DNA of 64,000 nt from positions 2,604,001 through 2,668,000 of the forward strand of contig CM102286.1 of the NCBI GenBank assembly GCA_046563655.1. Direction: 5' to 3'. This DNA comes from Yuukianura sp. NJ FZ-2021. Its lineage: Eukaryota. The position numbers were made by a program, and so were the translations under genes. Under the pieces are notes generated by a model that was not told the DNA's origin, did no database searches, and was given only the letters and a program-made list of their open reading frames with translations. Positions 11,075 to 22,100 of this stretch are shown here, piece after piece. Each line of letters begins with the position of its first letter. Position 1 is the first letter of the stretch.

Positions 11075-11932
11075 TTAGAAATCGAAGAAGTCGTCCTCTT
11101 CCAGTTCCTCCTCCTTAGCAGTTCCAAATAGGTATTGAGTCAACAGTCCACATAACCACTTCGCTAGGTTAGCGGAAACAATACCACCAACTATTGCTCC
11201 AACAATGGCTCCGATTGGTCCAGCCAGAGATCCAATCGCAGCGCCCCCTACCGCTCCTGCTAATCCAGCTGCACATGTCACTGCCGCGTCTATTATATTC
11301 TTGGCGCACATCTTCCAACTAATTTCGTCCTTCCGCCATCGCCGAATATTCTTCACGACGACATATCCAAAAGCAACGCTTGCCAATCCCACCACAACAA
11401 TCGAGCCACCATGCTTGCTTACGAAGGAACCGACGCAAGAAGAGCCATTGGAAATAATTTTAGGCAAAATTTCCACAATTTTCGTTAGGTATTGCAGCGG
11501 AACCACACTGAATGCACTTAGGAATCCCGCAATCGGTATTGCCGAGCCTTTTGTGGTATCCTTTTCTGCGAAACCAAAAACGTCGAACCCATGAGCGTCG
11601 TCTGGAACGTCGTCGTCGTCTATTTTAAGAACTTCGAAAGGTTCCACGAATTCCTCATGGACGGAGGTCATTGTCTCCCGAAATCCTTGATCCTTTTCAG
11701 TTCCCATCGTTTCTTTAGCCAGTCGTTTTGCGTATGCTTGAAATGCTGCATCGGAATAATTCATTGACGCCTTCAGGGTTCTCCATGCTGGTGGAATATT
11801 AGTGCTGTTGTTTTCTAAATAAACGCGATCTTCGTCCCCTAAGTAGTACACAACTCTGGTCCAACTCTCCACGTCATCTCCCAAAGCATCCATCAGCTTT
11901 TTATAAACTTCGTCTTTCCAAGAATCCGCCAT
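11075..11932 (-). CDS. 285-aa paralog of the 8341-9342 gene, truncated before the J-domain
   Basis: Shared N-terminus (SWKDEV..KL..AL.DDVESWTRVV.YL..EDRVY...TNIPPAWR) and glycine zipper; stop after EEELEEDDFFDF. Confidence 0.82.
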   Translation of the reverse strand: MADSWKDEVYKKLMDALGDDVESWTRVVYYLGDEDRVYLENNSTNIPPAWRTLKASMNYSDAAFQAYAKRLAKETMGTEKDQGFRETMTSVHEEFVEPFEVLKIDDDDVPDDAHGFDVFGFAEKDTTKGSAIPIAGFLSAFSVVPLQYLTKIVEILPKIISNGSSCVGSFVSKHGGSIVVVGLASVAFGYVVVKNIRRWRKDEISWKMCAKNIIDAAVTCAAGLAGAVGGAAIGSLAGPIGAIVGAIVGGIVSANLAKWLCGLLTQYLFGTAKEEELEEDDFFDF

Positions 11933-12853
11933 AACTAAAAGTTTTGGAAATAGGTTGAATTAGATTTGTTAGGTTATGTTCAAATATCCGTGATAGTGAG
12001 GAGCATAGACTAAGAAATTTTTAGAAAAAAGTATATTTTCAAATTCAGATCAAGAAGTGCTTAATAGCGGACGATATTTTGTAAACCCATGCAAACCAAA
12101 TTTTAATATCAAACTAATCTTACCAACCTTAGCAACCTTGCTTTAGTTACGAATTTAGAAAAACAGTTGATTTTGATGCACTTTTAACTATTATTTAGGT
12201 TCTGTTTCACTCGAAGGATGAAAAGATGAGTTTTAAAAGCAGACTTATTCGAATGCACGACGACGGGGTGGTTCACCCGAAGTCTTGTGATCATTTTCAA
12301 ACACACCCTAAGGTTATGTTGTAGGGTGGAAAAGGGAAGCGATGGAACAAGTTTCATTGGATTGGAAGTTCTGAAGTATATTTGGTCTTGTTTATACAAA
12401 AAAGCCATTGATGCAGTTTATGTACCCTATGCTGTTCAAAGTCTAAAAGTGGAGTGTAAAAGCTTAGGAACTTATGTTCCTTAAGTTTTAAAAGCATCCT
12501 CGTCTTTAGATTTTGTATAGAAGTTTGTCTGTGTCGAAGATTTAGAATTGGTTCATGAAAGTTTCTCACACAAATAGAATTGAAACAAACATTTGCTTTG
12601 ATTAAAATATGTATAGCATATTATTCAATTGCACGGAAATGACTCATTTATTTGTAGAAAGAAATCTAGGTTTACTTTTTTCAAAAACACAACAAACGAA
12701 AAAATTTATGTACTATACTACAAGTTAATGTAATGAAAAACAGGTTTGAGCGGTTTAAAGTATACGCTGCTATAAAAATTCGCAGATTGCTGAATCAGTT
12801 GATTTCCATTTTTGTAAGAAGGAACACAGCTATGAAGTACAAGTAATAACCAG

Positions 12854-13941
12854 GGGCCCAATTACGATTCGGGGTGAGAGGAAAAGTTACTCCAGAGTTG
12901 CACTTTCCAAACCCCAAATCTGCTCACTCTAACTACGATTGAGAGTTAACCCCAACTCCAGAGTAACCCGTGCATACTCCGGGTAAACTCCAGATACACC
13001 CTATCGTAACCCCTAACTTACACTATTTTAACTCTTTTCCTCAAATGATGATTACGATTCGGGTCTTCAAACTCTAACGAGACCCGAAAAGTTATCCTGC
13101 TTTTAGAAGGGTTGGTGCTGGTAAAATTGTAAGTTTTATTGCTAATTCATCACTTCTCTAACAAAATTTATGGCTACATGTTCCGTTATTGGGCCCTGCG
13201 TGTCATGGCCAGTTGACCAGTGCAACTGTGTCAACGCCGCAGGGCCATCACAATGGGAGCCTCCACCGTCCCACCACATATGATCCAGTTTTGCAAACAG
13301 GTCAAAGTTCAAACTCAGTGGCCCTCAGGATCATCTCATTCAACTGAATAACTTTGAAATTATCATTTTTGAGTTCGTCTAGTAGCACATAGTCTGAACT
13401 TTGACATTTTTACAAAACTGGGTCCGGTTTGTTATCATGTGAGCTGCCGATCCCCAGTATTATGACATGGGCTTCGAAACACGATTGATGAGCACTTAGT
13501 AACTAAAAATATGCAAAACTGCTAAACTTATATAAACTAAACATACTTGGTAGTCATAAACACACCGTAGTGTCAACCCCTGACCCGTGATCAGTGGAAA
13601 CGCCTACGGTGTGTCGAGATTCTGGTACACCATGGCTGTTATCGTGTAGTCAGTACTTTACACCTAATGTCGGTAGTAGAAATGATGTTGTAAGAAACTA
13701 AATCAAAAACAGCTGGTCAGGACTTATTCGATTTGAAGTGTGAAAGGGGTTTGTTTGTTTATGTTTTTGAAGTTTGGAGTTACCGCGGAGTATTGAAAGT
13801 GTAAACTGGAAACACCAAAGTTACACTTTTCCAAATTACTCCAAAAGAGTTCGTAATCGGGGGTAACTTGAAGAGTAATCGAGGGGTTAGCGTTTTACCC
13901 CAAAAATACCCCAACTCACACTCTCAATCGTAATTGGGCCC
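12854..13941. mobile_element. Non-autonomous PIF/Harbinger-like DNA transposon (1088 bp)
   Basis: 16-bp TIR GGGCCCAATTACGATT / AATCGTAATTGGGCCC; 3-bp TSD CAG at 12851-12853 and 13942-13944; internal repeats of the TACGATT motif; no transposase ORF. Confidence 0.8.
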
Positions 13942-13975
13942 CAGATAGATTCGTTTATTAACACTTTTCTTGAAA

Positions 13976-15474
13976 ATGTTTGAATTCAATTTTGAACACG
14001 CCGCTCTTTCTGTACGGGTAGTTGGAACAATCATTTCCAAAATTTACTTGGCTGTGATTGGTTACACACTTTATGTAACTGGAGTTGCTGCTCTGCATGT
14101 TCATGTTCTGCGTTTAGCGTTGGCCAGTACAATAATCAGTACTGTTGGTATCTTCATTTCGTTTATAGTTGCATTCCGTACAAATTCAGCATATTCAAGG
14201 TATTCAAGTCAGACATACGTATATTTTTCCCTATTTTTTTTTTTACCAACTTTTGGAATTTTAGATATGAAGAAAGTAGCAAACTTTTGAGTGAGATGAC
14301 AATCACGGTCCGAACGATTGCTCGTACAATTTGGATTTTCGCTCCGACCAAAACATCTAGAGAACTGCTAATCAAAAAATCTATGATAAATCTACTCGAT
14401 GGATTCAATTTTAGTGTAAAACACCACCTACGTCATGAATATTCAGATGATGAAAGAGATATGAAGCCATACGTTAAACACATTCAACATTTTGAACTGC
14501 GCATGCCCCAAAAGCCAGGAGAAAAAGTAATGGCAGAAGTTGATCCGTACTTGTCATGCAGTCTTCTACCTCCAACAAACCTTCCAAAGGAAATTTTGTT
14601 CCAACTTACACTGTACTCCAGAGTCATTATGGAAAAGTATCCAAATCTTAACTCTGCGATTCTTCATGGAGTCACTGGAGGTATGAGTAGGTCAAAGGTC
14701 ATTGTGGAAAGATATTTTTGTGTTGCACATGCGCCTACCAAGAATTGAGTTTAAATAATTGCGTTTGTTTCTTGAAGGAATCAATAAGCTAGAGAAAATA
14801 CTTTCGGAATTGGAGACGCTTCGACAAACTCCGACTCCTGTTTGCTATGTTGCTCATCTGAAACACATTGTTTGGATTTACTTACTCATCTTGCCGGTAA
14901 TTAGATAAACAGTAATTCTCACAAATTGCTTATGTTACTTTTCAAAATTTGGATTAACATTTTGATTTTCAAATTTAGTTTCAAGTGCTAAATAGCTTGG
15001 GATGGTGGGTGAGTCTGGCTTTGGCAATTGTGGGGTTTGTTTTTGAAGGATGTTTGGCCATTTCTAAGCAAATGGAAGAACCATTTGGATCCAGCATGAA
15101 CGATTTGGTAAAACACATCAAAATATTGATGAGAAGTTTGATAAGAACTTATATTAGTTCAAAACTGTTTCCAATTTTAGCCTCAAGATGATTATTGTTG
15201 GTCAATTCGAAAAGAACTGGTCCAAATTACTTCAACAATTCCTGAGGATTTTGATAGATGGGCCTGCTCCGAACGAAATTTACCGCTCAAACCTGGTTGT
15301 ACTTTGACTGGTAAAGAATGGTCCACCGAAACGTTGAATGAAGCAAGAACGATCTTGCAGAGTTTGAATTTTGTGCCAAAATCAAACAAACGCAATAGAG
15401 ATTCATGGAAAAAGCGGAGCCAGAAAAAACGGTATTCAGAGGTTCAAAATCAAAATGGAGCGGCAAACGTTTAA
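13976..15474 (+). CDS. Bestrophin-like anion channel of microbial/fungal (YneE/UPF0187) type, copy 1. Exons 13976-14199, 14265-14680, 14778-14896, 14979-15107, 15181-15474
   Basis: Motifs FIVAFRTNSAYSRYEE, TPTPVCYVAHL and MEEPFGSSMNDLPQDDYC; four frame-preserving GT-AG introns. Confidence 0.85.
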
Positions 15475-16059
15475 CATTTTTAATCCAATCATAAATGTTT
15501 TATCAAAGAAATTTTTCAAAAAAAATACTCAAACATTTTTTGAGTTAAATAAAAATGTCGCCGTTGTGGCAGTAAATATAGTTGAATTTCAATTTACTTT
15601 GTCACGGAATGCAGCTTTTGCTTAGTTTGCTTGCAAAATTAACTGGTAACAAACTGGTTTTTAATGCACAAGGTTGACACAAGGTCACAACTTAAATAAA
15701 ATTACATGCATCCTAGTTACAACAAAGCTTAAACAAGTTTTGAAAATATTCTTCGTAACTCCTACTTGCTTTACTGTATTTTTTTTCTACCCAAATTCCT
15801 TATTCCTCATTCCACCTTGTCGCACCCAAGTTCCAACGATTTTACACAAAAATTAAACATTTTAGTTTGCATTTATAATATTCAGCACAAATTTTTGCAC
15901 AAAATTTGTTTCTTAACTTGCTTCTGGAATCTCAATTTTTTCAGCCCTCTTTGTACTTCAGTCTACAAAATTTGTATTTCAGAACTCAAATTTGTATTTC
16001 GATTCTGAAATTTGTACATTCGCGGTAAAATTGTTAACATGTTGTACCATTTTTAAACA

Positions 16060-17512
16060 ATGGCGCGTGGATTTGTGTTGGGCAAACAGTCAACCGCTTA
16101 CTTTGTAACCGTGCGTGGAACAGTTATACAAAAAGTGTTATTGGCACTGCTACTATTTCTGCTTTACGCAATCATAGTCACTGGAATTCACGTGTATACC
16201 ATAGAACTTAAAAATTTGACTGTACTGACCAGTACAATTGGAATTGCTATAAGTTTTCTATTGGGATTCCGAGTGAAACAGTCTGTTGCAAAGTACAATG
16301 AAGTGCGGACAATGTTCGGCACACTCAAGCAAACGATTCGGTCCATGGCCAATGCAGTTTGGATTCAAGTACCGGTCGAGTCGGCTCAAGATTTGGTTGA
16401 AAAGAAAACGATAGTGAACCTGCTTGACTGTTTTTGTTATGCTTTGAAGCACTACATTCGGAAACAATACTCTTACAACAAATCAGACATGCGGAATTGC
16501 ACAACATTTTTGCCGAAATTCGCTGGTAACACAGTCAAAAGTAAGGTGAAGAAAGTCAAAACTCAAGATCCTTACGTCTCCTCGGATTTCAAACCTCCCA
16601 CAAACATTCCACAAGAAATCTTATATGCTCTTACGGCATTTTCAAAAATGGCGCTGGATAAACATGTCACAATGGATCCAGTTTTATGGCAAATTACTTA
16701 CGAAGAGGGTAACTACCAAAAACTATCATGCTGAATCGCGGTAATTCTAATTCTCAATTGGAATTTTGAAAATTTTGATTTCATTTTAGGGTTAAACGTA
16801 TTGGAATCCACAGTAACTCAATTAGAAGCGCTTCGACGTACGCCAACTCCCGTTTGCTATGTTGCTCATCTAGAACACGTTTTCTGGATTTACTTGTTGG
16901 CGCTACCATTTGAAATTTTTGAGCCTTTAGGATGGTGGACAATTCTTGTCGTTGGTGTCGCATTTTTGGTGTTCATTGGCCTCATACACGTTTCCAAGGA
17001 CATTGAACATCCGTTTGGATTCGATGACAGCGATTTGGTAATTGGTAATTTAGGCCCAAAAAACGTAACTTTAATTAACTTCTTTTTTTTTTTTGCATTT
17101 CTAGCCATTGGAGGACTACTGCTTCACTATTCGTAATGAACTGAATCAATTGACATCAAATAATTCATCATACGAGGAATCGGATACGTGGATGCTTTCT
17201 GCCGAAAACTTTCCACTTTCTCCGTATAGTTCAATTAGTGCAGCAGAATGGGCAGATAAATCAATGGAATCAGCACAAAAAATCCTATTTGCTATAGAAC
17301 TGAACAAGTTTCGGCAAACCCAGTCCAGAAAGTACTGGAAACCCAAGAAAGAAAACAATGCTGACCAATCTGAACAACAAAGCGACACTGTTATCGAAAC
17401 GATTAACCAGAACGAACAACAGGACGGCACTGCTAAAGAAACGGACAATCGAAACGGTAAAGAACCCGAAAATATCGAACTCCAACCTCGTACGGGAGAA
17501 AACCTTGTGTAG
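16060..17512 (+). CDS. Bestrophin-like anion channel of microbial/fungal type, copy 2. Exons 16060-16708, 16790-17037, 17105-17512
   Basis: Motifs FLLGFRVKQSVAKYNE, RTPTPVCYVAHL and IEHPFGFDDSDLPLEDYC; two introns. Confidence 0.85.
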
Positions 17513-19199
17513 AATTTTAAAAATTTTAAAAGTATAAGGATTCATAAAATTTCCGAACAAAATAAACACACAAAAATTATTTTGGAAAACACAATCTTCC
17601 TTTATGTTAGGAAATTCCCCGATATCATTGTTCACTGTTATGAATAGTTTTATAGTTTTGTTGTGCTGTGTACTATTCCATGTGCTATTTACAATAAAAG
17701 TTTGTTCAAAAATGTAGGTTAGAAGGACACGTTATTCTGAAATTAGAATGTTGGCTTGAAGCCATTTGCATTTGTCTACACTGTACTTAATCCTTTGCCA
17801 TCTTTTGTTCTCTAAGGTTATAAAATAACATCCCACTGTGCCTTGTTTGTTCTAAATTGCAAACTGTCTTCATTTTCAAACACAGAAAATAATTTAAGAG
17901 ACACGTCCTGGGAAAAATTACGGTCAAACCTAGATTAGGTACCACAAAAATTTAGGTTATTATAATAGTACCTTCAACACATGTGTTTCAAAATTTCAAC
18001 TCAAATTTTTCCAGTCGTAGTTTTTTTTTAATAAAAAAAAATGTGAAGTAACAGATTGTTAGCAAACTTAACTTTTGATCTTTCTGATAACAAGAAATCA
18101 CACCAATAATGCATGTTGCGGCTTATGTTGCAACAAATTTTATAAATTAAAATAAAAACATAACAAGGTTCCTAACCTACGTCACCATCTAACCTTCATC
18201 TAAATGGTAAACAACATTAGTTCAAAATACGTTACATTGTTAGGGAAAACTGACACTATAAGTTAAACTTTAGTTAAACTTCACCTAGACCGGGTTATAG
18301 AAACGTATTACCGTTAAAAAAAATTTTTTTTTCGAAGGCGTTTGGTCGATGTGACATAAAAAAATCAGCTTTCTCGGGAAGATTCTTCAAAAATTGAAAA
18401 AAGTTGTTGCCTGTTTAAAACAAACTTGCGCATAAAGTGGAAAATTTGTTTTCAATTTTTGAGTAAGTTCTGGGAAATCAAGCACTTTATAGTTCAAAAG
18501 GTAATTTTTTTTGGAGGACAAAATGATAAAAGGTATTTGAAAGGGGTCATTCCAAGGTCAACTGTTATTTTACGGAAAAAAATAACACTAAAATCCTCAA
18601 AATTTGAACAAAAACACGGTTTTCAAAGTGTTTCTATTCATGAAGACAATAGGTTTTTAGGAGCATGTTATCCTTCTACACACTAAAACCTTCATAGTTA
18701 CAGTTCATTTCCTCATGTATTTTTCCATTAGCTTAGCCCAGTACAATGCTAGTAGATCGATCTATAAACTACGCCTTGGTGAACCTATAGCACTTCATAG
18801 TACTTTTCAAAACGCCAATGCCAGTAACCTCAAGTGGAGAGAACTTTTCGAAAAAGCACATTTAAATGCACGTTCTGCTCAGAAGAAAGTTCATATGAAA
18901 CGGAGCCGCCGTACTGGAAGGAGCCAACTCAACTTTCTTCGCCAAAATTTTCGCATTGTATGCTTTCACTTTGTGTGAAACGCAGCGCACTTTCCCTTTC
19001 GCAGCCAAAAGCCATCAGCCAGAATACGATCGATTTTTTCTGGAGTGGTGTCTCCATAGCAACTGAAGAGTCTCCAAGGCCATCCCATCAGCAGATCAGT
19101 CCTCACAGGAACTACTGCCAGTATTCCACAATCGCCACAACCTTGAGCAACAACAGTACAACTTCCTACCAATTGTTGAGTACTTTACAGTGTCAACGC

Positions 19200-22100
19200 A
19201 TGGCTTCTAGATCCCAAGCTCTCTACACAACCAGCGACAATGGACAGAGACAAAGAGGGCCCGTGACAAGAATTTCAGCGATTCTCTTTGATCTGGACAA
19301 TACACTCATCCCGACTAGAAAGGCTGATGAACTCACGGCAGTTAAGGTAAGCCTATTTTCAATGTTATTCACCTTAGTTCACCTAACATTATTGTTAGGT
19401 TGAGCAATAACCTAACATTAGCGGTAATACGTTGAACACTAATCTAAAATTAGTGTTATGTTGAAGAGTTGCCTAGCATTGGTGCTGTCTTGAACAAAAA
19501 AACACAACGATATGTTGAATAGTAACAGTTTAGTTAAAGGTTTTTTTTATTTCATAATGTGTTAAAAACTAGTTTTAACAGAAGTTTTCAACGTCCTTCG
19601 CTTTTTCCTGAGATAAAACTTGTTCCAGTTTGCATGTTCGTGTGCAGTGTAAATTTGAGGTTAATGAGTACCGGCTTATGATAAATTTCCTGCTTTCTCA
19701 AGCTAAGTTTAGCCGTAACCGCAAAGTTAGTTAGAATAAGTTCATGCCATGACCTCATTTGTAGCACTTACGTTTCAAAATTATGAGACTTCGTTCAAGG
19801 AAAAATGAAAATGTGTCAGCTACTCCCGTTGGACTAACAATCCAGACAGGAGCGAATTTGAAATGTTTTAATTACATCTCCTGGTAATAAATTGTAATTT
19901 GAGCTTATTAGAAATTTTAGTACAAGTGGAAAATTACTAGACGCTGAAGTTTTTGGAAAGATGAAATTTAATACTTTTTAGTGTATACTTAATTTGTGGC
20001 ATGTGTGTGCAGCGTGCCGTTTTCATGTAATAAATGGGGACGATGTCAATGGGCTAATATAACTCTTTTAAGTGACATTGACTGATTTGATTGACATTGG
20101 TATCGATTTTGGAATGCAAGGTACCTAAAATGTGGTACGCAAATGTTGTATCGAACCAGATATTTCGCGAATTCAATGTCAATGTCATCATGGTGAACAA
20201 ATAGCGTCTCTGCAATAAGTGGAAATCAAAGGTGAACTATCACGCAAATGGGATATGCCTGATACACGAGTTCATCGTGATTAGATTTTTTTGAAAATGG
20301 TTTACAAGATTGGAAGAAACCAAAAAAATTGATTCGATTTTTAAGTGGGTTGTTTTCTTAAATATATTTTTTGTATTGTTTCAATCAATTTAACACAAAA
20401 TCTCATTGCAAATCACCTTAAAAATTTCAAATACACAAACGCGGGAACATTTTTGAAATTCTGATTTTTTTTTGTTTTCTAAGAACAAAATACGAAAGCA
20501 CGAAGATAAAGGTCAATTTTTCCGCCTCGTTGCTTTTGTAAAGGTAAAGGTCACTTTGTTTTTGTTTTTGTGCTTTTTTCATCGATTGTCATCATTGTCC
20601 ACCCCCGTTCAGCCGCTGGGCTGTCACCACTTCAATCGCTTTGTTCAAACAGAATAGTAAGAAACCGTAAGCTAAACTTAAGTCGTCATAGTCATTCATA
20701 ATTATCATATTTTCTATTCATAATTCATAAACGTCCATCTACCACGATTCTCTTAGTCGTTAACCACGAAAGCGATACGCTGAGAAAGCATTTCTGTGTC
20801 AATTACAGCAGCGATGGATCCATTTCTCGTACGGTTACGTCAACGGTTCCATAGAGACATTTATGTCTAGGTTGTACGACACAAACGTTGAATGTCAATT
20901 AATGTATGAATGAAATTTGATCATAGGACAGCTATTAGAAAGTCAGTATCCATCCAGCATTCAGCCGATTGTAGTATAGAAGACAGTGCCACTCGATCTA
21001 CACAAGGAACGTAAACGTTTGCCGACAAGGACAAAAGCAACCTCTTCCTTGATCATTTTCATGACGTTTTTAATGTCTTCGTTGCAATTTCTCAGGTCAA
21101 ACCAGGGGGATGACCTGGCATAGGTTAATGATGTGTCATGTGACTTTGGATCCGTATGGACGATACAACAATGGGTTTCTTGGAAGAGAAGAAAATGAGG
21201 CTATAGGCCCCGACACGCGCTTTTTTTGATGTACAGGACGGACGTAAACACCAATTTTTGTTTTCTTTTTTACTTTCACCATTCAGCTTTCACCCCTGAC
21301 ATTTTCCTTTCTGGGAAACTTTCCGTTCTTCCAGGCCAGCCCCAGAAAGGAAATTCTCAGAATCGAAACGCAGTCGACAGTGAAAGCAAAGAGGATAATA
21401 GAAAAACGAAGGCGCGCAGTGCCATTATTCCCAGCTCTCTTCCATGAAACCCAGTCACTTGGACAAACGTAATAAACCATCATAGGAAAAAACGGAATAA
21501 CTCAGCGGGTGATTCATCATCATGGAAAGCAAGGGGGGGGGGTCAATTTCCAGGACACATCCGATAAATTCATACACGGGTTAGATTCGCTTTCATGAAA
21601 AATGAAGGTCACGGGCTCGTTGGAAATCAATTTACATATAGTAGGCGCCTTCATTTTTCATTTTGACGACGAGAGCGGCTTTAGTGCTTCATGCTTCGCA
21701 AATCCCAATTACTTTTTTAGTACAATCTTCCCGGATGGAGAGATAATCCAAGCACACGCTAACGATATTTGCTACGCCAATTTTCACTTTCAATTTTAAG
21801 CGGATTGAGCTATTTACATTGAAACTACAAGTTTGGTGGTACAAATTTGAAAGTGGCCTTCATGTTTCCAAACTTAATTGAGGTTTAAGTGGTGTACAGC
21901 TTTTGCGACTACTTCCGCGAACTGTTTACTGATGGCACATGTTGAGTGTTTAGACTTAATTCAAGTTGCGGCTTAATCCAGTATACTTTTAGTCCATCAC
22001 ATTGTATCGTGGCTTTGGTCCATGACGTCTTTCTTAAGTTTTTGGATCTATCATCTATCCTTGTCCACTCTTAAGATTAAGATTAACTAAACTATCATAC

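Noticed and set aside
12287..12484. Short ORF ending AVYVPYAVQSLKVECKSLG, loosely like the C-terminus of an RNA polymerase second subunit
   Set aside because: Too short, no convincing upstream motifs, and it lies in the 5' region of the J-protein paralog; probably chance.
18834..19199. Long in-frame extension upstream of the NANP ATG
   Set aside because: Non-ATG start with no domain signal; more likely 5'UTR/promoter.
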